DNA of 64,000 nt from Nanobdellota archaeon. GTDB lineage: Archaea; Aenigmatarchaeota; Aenigmatarchaeia; Aenigmatarchaeales; Aenigmatarchaeaceae. The stretch lies in contig JAHIDZ010000015.1 of NCBI GenBank assembly GCA_018901755.1, forward strand, positions 65,079-129,078, in the 5' to 3' direction. The notes beneath the pieces are model-generated. The model saw only the letters and a program-made list of their open reading frames with translations. It made no database searches and was not told the DNA's origin. Below are positions 1 through 8,421 of this stretch, one piece after another (positions within the stretch are counted from its first letter, which is position 1; the number at the start of each line of letters is the position of its first letter). Made by a program: the position numbers and the translations under genes.

Positions 1-289
1 CACCTTCACCTGTTTCAAATACTTTCTTTGCATTTTCTTTAGTCATCCAGATTTCATAATATTTTCGTTTTTCAGGTGGTCCACGTGTTGCTTTAACTCT
101 GAATCCAGTCTCACATAGAGAATCATAGATGTCGTTTTTATATTCCAAATCATCAAGAACATGTATTTTAATTGTTGGTTTAAGATAGTCGTTAAATTTA
201 CCTTTTATCGTGCCACCACCAATTAGTACTGGTTTATCTTCTTCTGTAAATGTTATACATATTCCAGAACCAGCAACAGACGCTTTCAT
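1..289 (-). CDS. hypothetical protein, N-terminal part only (the ORF starts with ATG at 289 and runs past the window start)
   Basis: Open minus-strand frame with no stop from 289 to position 1. The translation begins MKASVAGSGICITFTEEDKPVLIGGGTIKGKF. I recognise no family. Confidence 0.4.
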   Translation of the reverse strand, partial: MKASVAGSGICITFTEEDKPVLIGGGTIKGKFNDYLKPTIKIHVLDDLEYKNDIYDSLCETGFRVKATRGPPEKRKYYEIWMTKENAKKVFETGEG

Positions 290-320
290 ATGTTTATTGA
301 TATAGAAAACTATTTAAGCA

Positions 321-602
321 TTGAATTTAAATAATATCATTATGACAAAAAATTGGTATCCAATAATTAATTATAAAAAATGTATTGGTTGCATGGCATG
401 TGTTAATTTTTGTGAACACGGTGTTTATACAAAAAAGAATGATAAGCCGTTTGTAAAAAATGGAAAAAATTGCATAGACCAATGTACTGGATGTGAACCA
501 ATTTGCCCAATGAAAGCAATAACTCATCATGGCGCAAATAATGTGAAAAATAAAACATCTAAATGTTCTTGTAGCAATTGTGGCCCTAGTTGCGATTGTT
601 AG
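321..602 (+). CDS. 4Fe-4S ferredoxin-like protein with a Cys-rich C-terminal tail
   Basis: CIGCMACVNFC and CTGCEPICP cluster motifs in the ORF-track protein. Confidence 0.65.
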   Translation: MNLNNIIMTKNWYPIINYKKCIGCMACVNFCEHGVYTKKNDKPFVKNGKNCIDQCTGCEPICPMKAITHHGANNVKNKTSKCSCSNCGPSCDC

Positions 603-649
603 GCTATGGAAAGCTATTTAAACGTTGGATTTAAATAATCTTACTACGA

Positions 650-1249
650 GTGATTATCATGGCATTTGAAAATTTACTATCAACAGGAATGCATATAGGC
701 ATGAAGCAACAGAATGCTAAAATGCAGAAGTTTGTTTACAAGACAAGAGAAGACGGGCTTGCAATTTTAGACCTGCAAACAATAGAGAATAGAATAAAGA
801 TAGCTGGAAAATTCATATCCCAATATGACAAAATAATGGTTACTTCAAGAAAAGGAATAGCATTTAGAGCAATAAAGAAATTTGCTGAAGTTACTGGATC
901 TAAGTCAGTTACTGGTAGATTTTTACCAGGTATCATTACGAATCCTTCTTTTAGAGGCTATTATGAACCACAGGTTTTGTTAGTAGCTGATCCTTCAACA
1001 GATTATCAAGCAATTGATGAAGCAACTAAAATGAGAATACCAATAATTTCATTGTGTGGTACATATAATGAAGTTGGCGGAATTGATTTTGTAATACCTG
1101 TAAATAATAAAGGAAGAAGAGCTATAGCAATGGTTTACTGGCTTTTGGCTAGAGAGATTTTGAAAGCTCGTGGTGCAATTAAAGATGATTCTGAATATAC
1201 AGCAAAGATAGAAGACTTCGAATCAGTTGAACGTTCTGAAGAAAGATAA
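650..1249 (+). CDS. rps2: 30S ribosomal protein S2 (uS2)
   Basis: LLSTGMHIGMKQ..KFVYKTREDGL..ILDL is the archaeal uS2 N-terminal signature. Length of 199 aa fits. Confidence 0.88.
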   Translation: MIIMAFENLLSTGMHIGMKQQNAKMQKFVYKTREDGLAILDLQTIENRIKIAGKFISQYDKIMVTSRKGIAFRAIKKFAEVTGSKSVTGRFLPGIITNPSFRGYYEPQVLLVADPSTDYQAIDEATKMRIPIISLCGTYNEVGGIDFVIPVNNKGRRAIAMVYWLLAREILKARGAIKDDSEYTAKIEDFESVERSEER

Positions 1250-1279
1250 TTTATTAATACCTTTAGGTGTATTATTTCT

Positions 1280-2917
1280 ATGGAAACTGCTATCATGAAG
1301 CATGCATTGCTTAATGCCGCACAATATGACGGCAAGGCTAATGAGAATGCTGTTCTTGGAAAAATTTTAAGTGAAATACCAGAAGCTAGAAAAAATATAG
1401 ATCTTGTTAGAAAATCTATTTCAACGATTGTTAAGAAAGTTAATAGCATGACACCAGAAGAGCAGAAAAAATTAATTAAAGGATTTAAGTATGAAAAAGT
1501 TGAAAAGAAAGAACGTGAAGGATTACCACCGTTACAAGATGCTATTGATAGAAAAGTCGTTATGCGTTTAGCACCATTTCCTTCAGGTCCATTGCACATA
1601 GGAAACGCAAAACAATATATCATCAATGATTGGTATGTGAAACACTATCATGGTAAATTGCTTCTAGTTATGGACGATACGATGGGTTCTATGGAAAAAC
1701 AAATTGCAGTCGATGCTTATGATTTAATACCAGCTGGATTCGATTGGCTTGGAATAAAATATGATAAGAAGATAATTTACAAATCAGATCGATTGGAGAT
1801 ATATTACAAATATGCAGAAGATATTATCAAATCTGGCAAAGCTTATGTTTGTGAATGTGAATTTAGCGATTTGCGAAATAATAGAATGGCACAAAAAGAA
1901 TGTGTACATAGAAATCAGAGCATTGAAACTAATCTGAGTAAATGGAATGACATGATTAAAGGAAAATATAAAGAAGGAAGCGCTGTTTTAAGAATTAAAA
2001 CTTCAATGAATGACCCAAATCCAGCTTTCCGCGATCGTGTATTATTTAGAATATGCGATAGAGCACATCCACGTGTTGGAAAGAAATATAAAATATGGCC
2101 ACTTTTAGAATTTTCATGGGCGATTGATGATCATCTACTTGGTATAACACATGTTCTTCGTGGTAAAGAATTAATGATGGAGTCAGAGATGGAACGTTAC
2201 ATATGGGACATATTTGGATGGAAGCATCCTGTGATAATTCATACTGGACTACTGTTTATAGAAGGACTTAAGTTAAGCAAGTCTAAAGCACAACACGAAG
2301 TAACGTCAGGTGAATATTCTGGCTGGGATGATCCTAGAACATGGTCTCTACAGTCGTTAGCAAGAAGAGGATTTGAACCAGAAGCAATAAAGAATTTTAT
2401 AATTGCATTCGGTATAACGCAACATGAATCAAAAGTATCTTTAGATAAAATATATTCAGAAAATAGAAAACTTATTGATCATAAGGCTGAACGATATATG
2501 TTTGTAACTGATCCGATTGAAGTAATTTTAGATAAACTTCCGATGAAGAGTGTGAAAGCACCACTGTTTCCAGGAAAAAGAAAATATAGAACAATACCTG
2601 TAACTAAGAAGATATTTGTTGATAAAATAGACTTTATAGCAAATCGTGAAAAAGAAGTAAGACTTATGCATTTGTGCAACATCAATCTTAATACTAAATC
2701 TAAATTCACAGGCAAGACGAATAAAGATATACCGAAAATACATTGGGTATCTGGTAAACATGTTAAAGTAAAAATTGTTTTAGAAAATGGTAAAACAATA
2801 GAAGGTTTAGCTGAACCCAGTGTTGCTAAAGTAAAACCAGGACAGATGGTGCAGTTTGAGCGTTTATTTTTTGCTAGATGTGATAAGAAGAATTTATTCT
2901 ACTATGCGCACAAATAG
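1280..2917 (+). CDS. gltX: glutamyl-tRNA synthetase, archaeal type
   Basis: Class I HIGH motif (PSGPLHIGNA), KMSKS-like LSKSK and HVLRGKE. Length of 545 aa is typical of archaeal GluRS. Confidence 0.88.
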   Translation: METAIMKHALLNAAQYDGKANENAVLGKILSEIPEARKNIDLVRKSISTIVKKVNSMTPEEQKKLIKGFKYEKVEKKEREGLPPLQDAIDRKVVMRLAPFPSGPLHIGNAKQYIINDWYVKHYHGKLLLVMDDTMGSMEKQIAVDAYDLIPAGFDWLGIKYDKKIIYKSDRLEIYYKYAEDIIKSGKAYVCECEFSDLRNNRMAQKECVHRNQSIETNLSKWNDMIKGKYKEGSAVLRIKTSMNDPNPAFRDRVLFRICDRAHPRVGKKYKIWPLLEFSWAIDDHLLGITHVLRGKELMMESEMERYIWDIFGWKHPVIIHTGLLFIEGLKLSKSKAQHEVTSGEYSGWDDPRTWSLQSLARRGFEPEAIKNFIIAFGITQHESKVSLDKIYSENRKLIDHKAERYMFVTDPIEVILDKLPMKSVKAPLFPGKRKYRTIPVTKKIFVDKIDFIANREKEVRLMHLCNINLNTKSKFTGKTNKDIPKIHWVSGKHVKVKIVLENGKTIEGLAEPSVAKVKPGQMVQFERLFFARCDKKNLFYYAHK

Positions 2918-2948
2918 GGTTTAAATCTTTTTCTGTTCAAGTATTATT

Positions 2949-3215
2949 ATGACACTACTTAGAAAAGAAGGTAGCCATTTGTATAATTCTATAGGTCATA
3001 TTTTAATTGGTATTGGACTCACAGAAGATGTTGCATATGGAACACTTAATCGATCAGTTGAAAAGCTTGGTTTATCGCCTGGTTGCGTTCAAGAAGATAA
3101 TATAAACGGAATTTGTGACAATTTAGAGGTAGCTTTGTGTATTAGTCTTGATACGAAGAGAATGTCTGATTTGAGAAACAATATATACAAGCTTAAAGGC
3201 TCTGCTTCGAAATAG
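2949..3215 (+). CDS. hypothetical protein
   Basis: ORF only. No recognisable motifs. Confidence 0.3.
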   Translation: MTLLRKEGSHLYNSIGHILIGIGLTEDVAYGTLNRSVEKLGLSPGCVQEDNINGICDNLEVALCISLDTKRMSDLRNNIYKLKGSASK

Positions 3216-3275
3216 GGTCCATAAACCTTTAAATAGTTTATTAAATAACATAAGAATACAAAAATGGAACTAATG

Positions 3276-3293
3276 AAATGAGGTGATGATATG
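3276..3293 (+). promoter_or_regulatory. possible K-turn-like autoregulatory element in the L7Ae 5' leader overlapping the SD and start codon
   Basis: GAGGUGAUGAUAUGGAUGAA contains a C-box-like GUGAUGA and a second GAUGA. Archaeal L7Ae is known to bind a K-turn in its own leader. No paired D-box was found. Confidence 0.2.
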
Positions 3294-3605
3294 GATGAAT
3301 CAAAAATTCTTCATATAGTAGAAATTGCTAAAAATACAGGAAAAATAAGAATCGGCACAAATGAAACAACTAAAGCAGTAGAAAGAGGAATAGCAAAGTT
3401 AGTTGTAGTAGCTGATGATGTTACTCCTAGAGAAGTTATAATGCATCTAGAGCCGTTGTGTAATGAGAAGAAAATACCGTTAGCGCATGTAAATGGTAAG
3501 ATGGATTTAGGAAGAGCATGCGGAGTTACAGTACCTGCAGCAAGCATAGCAATTATTGAAGAAGGCGACGCAAAGAAAGATATTGCTGATATGAAAAAAG
3601 AGTGA
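3291..3605 (+). CDS. rpl7ae: 50S ribosomal protein L7Ae (K-turn binding)
   Basis: [19 protein letters not shown]...HLP.LC.EK.IP match the L7Ae/L30e family. Position is upstream of S28e, as in the conserved L7Ae-S28e-L24e cluster. A GGTGA Shine-Dalgarno lies 6 nt upstream. Confidence 0.9.
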   Translation: MDESKILHIVEIAKNTGKIRIGTNETTKAVERGIAKLVVVADDVTPREVIMHLEPLCNEKKIPLAHVNGKMDLGRACGVTVPAASIAIIEEGDAKKDIADMKKE

Positions 3606-3610
3606 TATGA

Positions 3611-3820
3611 ATGGCACAAGAACCAGTTCCAGCTGAAGTAGTTCAGTGTTTAGGAAGAACAGGAATAAAGGGAGTTAATCAAGTTAGATGTAAAGTTCTT
3701 GAAGGAAAGGATACTGGAAAGATACTTGTTAGAAACGTTTTAGGTCCTATTAGAAAAGGAGACATACTGGTACTTAGAGAAACTGAAATGGAACACGCTG
3801 GTACAATGGAGTTGAGATAA
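3611..3820 (+). CDS. rps28e: 30S ribosomal protein S28e
   Basis: [46 protein letters not shown] matches eS28. Confidence 0.9.
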   Translation: MAQEPVPAEVVQCLGRTGIKGVNQVRCKVLEGKDTGKILVRNVLGPIRKGDILVLRETEMEHAGTMELR

Positions 3821-4450
3821 ATGAAATGTGAGATAGATGTTAGGAGAGAAGACGATATCGGTTATACACTAGGTGTTATTGCTGGTGATGGGTTTATTGG
3901 AAAGAATACAGAAACGACAAGAATGATTATGCTATCTGTAAAAGATAAAGAATTTTGTGATAATTTTTCAAATAGTTTGTTTAATATATGCGGCCGAAAA
4001 TATAAGGTTAGTAGGGTTAATAATTATAGATATAGACAAGGTTATTGCTGGGTAACAAGATGTTGTATTCGACAAGTAGTTAACTTTTTTGAAAATTATG
4101 ATATTTATCAATTATCAGAAAATACAGATAAGATCAAGCTAGGTTTCTTAAGAGGTATGTTTGATGCAGAAGGTTGTAGCTTTTGTAAGCTTTATCCTAA
4201 AAGAGGAGGTTATTCAAGAACGGTTGCTGTTTTTAATAAAAATAAAAAATTACTTAATCTGTGTCAAGAATTATTGAATTCTTTCGAAATAAAAACAAGA
4301 AAATTTTCTAAAGATAAGGATGGTGTATATGCACTTCACCTGAGTCTTTCAAAAGAAAATCTAACGAAATTTAGGGATTTGATAAATTTTTCAATCCCGC
4401 GCAAAATTTCAAACTTGGAAACATGCTTAGAGAGTTATACGGGTGGTTAA
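3821..4450 (+). CDS. free-standing LAGLIDADG homing endonuclease-like protein
   Basis: Two LAGLIDADG motifs (LGVIAGDGFIG and LRGMFDAEGCS). The ATG abuts the S28e stop and the 3' end overlaps the L24e start. Confidence 0.8.
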   Translation: MKCEIDVRREDDIGYTLGVIAGDGFIGKNTETTRMIMLSVKDKEFCDNFSNSLFNICGRKYKVSRVNNYRYRQGYCWVTRCCIRQVVNFFENYDIYQLSENTDKIKLGFLRGMFDAEGCSFCKLYPKRGGYSRTVAVFNKNKKLLNLCQELLNSFEIKTRKFSKDKDGVYALHLSLSKENLTKFRDLINFSIPRKISNLETCLESYTGG

Positions 4451-4619
4451 TATCAAATGTAGCTTTTGCACTAAAGAATTAGAAAAAGGAACAGGTAAAA
4501 TGTACATAAAAACAGATTCAAAAATATTTTATTTTTGTTCGAGAAGATGCGAGAAAAACATGTTTAAATTAGGACGTGATCCTCTTAGAGTAAAATGGAT
4601 CACTAAAAAGAAAAAATAG
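4443..4619 (+). CDS. rpl24e: 50S ribosomal protein L24e (start assigned to GTG)
   Basis: My own translation from the GTG at 4443 is VVNIKCSFCTKELEKGTGKMYIKTDSKIFYFCSRRCEKNMFKLGRDPLRVKWITKKKK. It shows the L24e zinc-ribbon signature C-x2-C...C-x3-C plus KMYV-like and VKW motifs. The ORF is missing from the track because it is under 60 aa and lacks an ATG start. Confidence 0.72.
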   Translation: MVNIKCSFCTKELEKGTGKMYIKTDSKIFYFCSRRCEKNMFKLGRDPLRVKWITKKKK

Positions 4620-4689
4620 TTTCACTCATCTGGTTGAATTTACTTGGGGTATATATTCTTTTTTTGTTTAGAATATTTAACAGGTTAAA

Positions 4690-5472
4690 ATGTTAAATCA
4701 AATCCTGTTATCTGATCTAAAGATGTTTGGTCTAAGCGAATACGAAGCGCGTGCGTATCTTGTTCTATCTATGTATGGTCCATCGTCAGCATCATTTATT
4801 TCTGAGCATAGTAAGATACCTTCTTCAAAAATATATGATATTTTGAATTCTTTGCGTTTCAAAGGACTATTAGATGCGTGTAATACAAAACCTAAAAGAT
4901 TCAAATTAATTGATCCGAAGTATGCGTTAACTAGTATTCTTGCTTCAAAAGAACTTATGATAGAAGAAATGAGAATTAAAACTAAAAATCTTTTAGAAAA
5001 ATTAAATCCGCCGCAGAATAGCATAAAATCAGAAATATGGCATTCTAGAGGAAAGAGACCGTTTTATGATAAAGCATGTGAGATATTGAATAAAACTAAA
5101 GAGCATGCTATAGCGACAACTAAAGACTTTTCACGTTATCCATTTCTAGATTATGAGTTTCTTGATGCAACTAAGAGAGGTGTTAAGATAAGGATACTTT
5201 GTACTTCGAATCTTACAGATGATGCTATCTCAAGAGCAACGTGGTATGTTAAAAATGGAGCTGATATTAGAGTTCTTCCAATGAAAACAAGCCCGATACT
5301 TGGTATAATAGATGACAGTGAAGTTGTCTTTAAGATTAATTCGCAAGTAGATTGTGATTTCATGTGGTCTAACAATGAGAATCTTATTAGTATAATGAAA
5401 AATTATTTTGAGAATTTGTGGTTAAAAGCGAGTCCTATCCAGCAATGCTTATCGGTTTTGCAAGAGAATTAG
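4690..5472 (+). CDS. TrmB-family transcriptional regulator
   Basis: N-terminal wHTH (LSEYEARAYLVLSMYGPSSASFISEHSKIPSSKIYDILNSL) and a TrmB-like C-terminal domain. Confidence 0.7.
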   Translation: MLNQILLSDLKMFGLSEYEARAYLVLSMYGPSSASFISEHSKIPSSKIYDILNSLRFKGLLDACNTKPKRFKLIDPKYALTSILASKELMIEEMRIKTKNLLEKLNPPQNSIKSEIWHSRGKRPFYDKACEILNKTKEHAIATTKDFSRYPFLDYEFLDATKRGVKIRILCTSNLTDDAISRATWYVKNGADIRVLPMKTSPILGIIDDSEVVFKINSQVDCDFMWSNNENLISIMKNYFENLWLKASPIQQCLSVLQEN

Positions 5473-5728
5473 AAGGTAAAGGATACTTGAATTTGACTTT
5501 CAATGTTCCATTTCTTCCATGGAAGCCTGAAACATGCCCAACATATTTGTTTCCTTTCTTATCTTTGTAAAGTGCTTTCTTACCAATGAATTTACCAGCA
5601 TCTTTTTTAGAGTTTATTCCAGTTATTTCTACTAAAACCTCTTTCGTATAGGCCAAATGATGGTTTATAATTATTCCTTTTGGGTCATTCATAAATATAC
5701 GTCTCCCGACGATTTTTGAGTATAACAT
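5435..5728 (-). CDS. rpl35ae: 50S ribosomal protein L35Ae (eL33)
   Basis: VGHVSGFHGRNGTLKVKFKYPLP resembles the L35Ae C-terminus (RPHGNSGVVRAKF...LP). Confidence 0.75.
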   Translation of the reverse strand: MLYSKIVGRRIFMNDPKGIIINHHLAYTKEVLVEITGINSKKDAGKFIGKKALYKDKKGNKYVGHVSGFHGRNGTLKVKFKYPLPSNSLAKPISIAG

Positions 5729-5759
5729 GTTAGTTCTTTCTGATTTATATTGCTATCGG

Positions 5760-6329
5760 TTACTGGTCTAAAAGCCAGTGTACTGTTGAGACAATTGACG
5801 AAGCAAGGTACGTTCGACTTCCTAGAGAAATTCGTTCACCTTTTCGTAAAGCAAACGATTCTTCATTTTTCGGTATGCCTTTATTGTCTCCTAGAACAAA
5901 AGTTGGATTTTCTACCTTCAAACTTGTTGTTTGTGACCCTTTAACACTTAAAATGAATATATTCTTAGCTTCTTTGATTAAATCTTGAAAACTTTTTCTA
6001 GAAACAGATATACCTGTCTGTACGTTAGTCCATTCTTTGTCTTTTACTGTGTTTAATGACTTCTTAATTACTAGAGCTATAGATCGTTCAGAAGGTTCTA
6101 TACCAATCATTTTATTTCCATCAAATTTGATTGAAACTGGTGGTCGTTTTCCTGAGTTAAGAATTACTATAATCTGTGTGTCTTTTCTCATCGCTTCAGA
6201 TACCCATAATGCGCCTAGTACACAACGGCAGATTACATCAATTCTGCCAGACTCGTATAGATGATCTATATTGAAATCATCAGTTGTTCCATGTGAGTAC
6301 ATGATAAATGTTCGTGTCATAATCATCAA
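5760..6329 (-). CDS. trmY: probable tRNA (pseudouridine54-N1)-methyltransferase, SPOUT, DUF358/COG1901 family
   Basis: GRIDVICRCVLGALWVSEAMRKDTQIIVILNSGKRPPVSIKFDG..IEPSERSIALVIKKSL resembles the Mj1640/TrmY family. Confidence 0.65.
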   Translation of the reverse strand: MMIMTRTFIMYSHGTTDDFNIDHLYESGRIDVICRCVLGALWVSEAMRKDTQIIVILNSGKRPPVSIKFDGNKMIGIEPSERSIALVIKKSLNTVKDKEWTNVQTGISVSRKSFQDLIKEAKNIFILSVKGSQTTSLKVENPTFVLGDNKGIPKNEESFALRKGERISLGSRTYLASSIVSTVHWLLDQ

Positions 6330-7132
6330 TGTTTTGTTATCGTAATTTCCTTTCCGACAATATCAATAATAAGATATTTTCCTTCTGAACCAACATTTAT
6401 TATTTTAGTTTTTCCAAGCATCTCCATTCCAGCATTTTCATGCATATGGCCGCATAGAACAATCTTCGGTTCTGTTTTTTTAATATAATCTAATAGTATT
6501 TTACTTCCAGCATGTTTTCCTTGCCAACTTTGCGTTGCTGACGGATTCCGGACTTTATCCATTATTCCATAAGGAAGATCATGCATCATGACAATATCAG
6601 CTTTTCCCAATTCTTTTAGATGCTGCCTAGCAAGTTCTTGTTTTTTCTGTGCTCTTAATAGTGATACTTCATTTTCAGGTGTAAATCTCATTATCCAATC
6701 CGCGTCTTTGAAATAAGGAATACCGATAAAAGTAATGTCTTCAAATTTACTTTTTTTATAATTTATCAATTTTACATTATCAAATTTCATATCTGACAAT
6801 TTTGTAACATTAAGTTTGTATTTTTCTATTCTATCATCTATCGTATCTTCTACGTTTCCATGTATCCAATAGGTTGGAATTTTAGCTTTATCGAAATGTT
6901 TAAGTATTTTTTCTATTGTTGAGACGATTTCAAGAAATGCTTCTTCTACTTTTTCTTTTGGTAAAGTTTCTCCCCACGGCTTACTTTGTTTTATATCATA
7001 TTCAAAATAATATTTTCTTGCCAAGTTTGAACTTCCTAAGTCGCCAGGTATTAGAACACAATCAATATTATCTAAAGGAATATCAAATATTTTTCTATTT
7101 CCATGCGGATCTCCAATAACTAGAATCCTCAT
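6326..7132 (-). CDS. calcineurin-like metallophosphoesterase
   Basis: MRILVIGDPHGN...GDLG...GNVEDT...GHMHE metallophosphatase motifs. A 4-nt overlap with the upstream gene suggests translational coupling. Confidence 0.75.
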   Translation of the reverse strand: MRILVIGDPHGNRKIFDIPLDNIDCVLIPGDLGSSNLARKYYFEYDIKQSKPWGETLPKEKVEEAFLEIVSTIEKILKHFDKAKIPTYWIHGNVEDTIDDRIEKYKLNVTKLSDMKFDNVKLINYKKSKFEDITFIGIPYFKDADWIMRFTPENEVSLLRAQKKQELARQHLKELGKADIVMMHDLPYGIMDKVRNPSATQSWQGKHAGSKILLDYIKKTEPKIVLCGHMHENAGMEMLGKTKIINVGSEGKYLIIDIVGKEITITKH

Positions 7133-8382
7133 TTCTTACCACGTTTTTTCTTTTCGACTTTTCCATTTTCCGGGAGCTTTTCAATTTCCTTTGCAGTTTT
7201 TACAAGTTCTTTTGCTTCTTCCATTTTTTGTTCTGCAGCAAATCGTCCAGGTTCATCGTGTGGTTTTTGTAAGGCTGATCTTAATTCGTGGATAAATCTT
7301 CTAACATATTCTTTATTCATGTAGACATCTTTTTCTGTAATATCATCAATGTTTTTATCTCCAGTTCTTTTCTTCATTGCCATCACTTTATCAAATATGT
7401 CAGCATAGTTAGGACTTATTTTACCAGTTTCAATTAAATGTTTTTTGAATGCTATTGGAAGTTCTTTTGGATCTTTTGGCAATTTATTCATAGTCTTTAA
7501 TGCTGTTATAGAAGCTTTTAGCATGATTTCATAATTTGTATTAATATCATCAATCTTTTTTATATTTTCTAATCTTGTAAGTAATTTGGTCATTGTGTCA
7601 ACATAATCTTGAACTTTCTTAATCCATTCATCGACATCTTTTCCAGAAACTTCTCCAACATGTTCTTTATATTCTATTCTTTTTCTAAATGCATAGATAT
7701 CTTCCATAATTTTTGCATATTTTTCATCTAATAATTTTTCATTAACTAGATGTTTTCTTAATTCATCTGCACATTGGCCAGGTGCTGGTTGTCCAACTCC
7801 AACATACATTAGTATTGCTTGAGCCGCGTCAAGCACTGCATAATAGAGATCTTCAGCAATCATTAATTTTTTAACATCTCTTACTCTGACGATTCGTTTA
7901 GGAACAGATTCCATTCTTAGATAAGCTGATTCTTTCGTTCCAGGAAACTTACCTTGTTCTAACATTTTTCTCATCGGAATAAAAAAACCTGCATCATAAA
8001 CAGCATATCCGTCACGTGTTAAAGTATAGAATACTGGATTGGATTTTCTCATACCATCCCAAAATTCAGTTAGTGCAATAACAGGTTGTGGATGAAGTCG
8101 TGGATCTACTGTTCTAGCTACCTTATACATATCATTTGTAATTTTGTCACGTATTTCTTCAAATTTTTTCAAAGGAAGTTTTGTATCATCAAAAATCATA
8201 TAAATATCAACGTCAGACTTTCCATGTTGTTCACCACGAGTTATAGAACCAAACATGATAATTGCTTTAACATATGCTTTAAACATTCCAAGAAGTTTTT
8301 CTTTATATTCATTTGTTGATTTGTATCTAGTTTCAAAAGAAAATTCTTTCAATTTTTTACCGAGTTTTTTTTGTTTAGTCAT
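7129..8382 (-). CDS. Pol-beta superfamily nucleotidyltransferase domain protein with a helical C-terminal (HEPN-like?) extension
   Basis: FGSITRGEQHGKSDVDIYMIFDD minimal nucleotidyltransferase motif (GS-x9-DxD). Confidence 0.7.
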   Translation of the reverse strand: MTKQKKLGKKLKEFSFETRYKSTNEYKEKLLGMFKAYVKAIIMFGSITRGEQHGKSDVDIYMIFDDTKLPLKKFEEIRDKITNDMYKVARTVDPRLHPQPVIALTEFWDGMRKSNPVFYTLTRDGYAVYDAGFFIPMRKMLEQGKFPGTKESAYLRMESVPKRIVRVRDVKKLMIAEDLYYAVLDAAQAILMYVGVGQPAPGQCADELRKHLVNEKLLDEKYAKIMEDIYAFRKRIEYKEHVGEVSGKDVDEWIKKVQDYVDTMTKLLTRLENIKKIDDINTNYEIMLKASITALKTMNKLPKDPKELPIAFKKHLIETGKISPNYADIFDKVMAMKKRTGDKNIDDITEKDVYMNKEYVRRFIHELRSALQKPHDEPGRFAAEQKMEEAKELVKTAKEIEKLPENGKVEKKKRGKK

Positions 8383-8421
8383 TGAATCATCTATTAAAAT
8401 AATGTACTTTACATATATTTA

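Noticed and set aside
3821-4619. Intein interpretation of the LAGLIDADG ORF next to L24e
   Set aside because: The endonuclease and the L24e remainder are in different reading frames. There is no Cys/Ser plus His-Asn intein boundary pair, and a TAG stop precedes the L24e remainder in its own frame. A free-standing insertion explains the data better.
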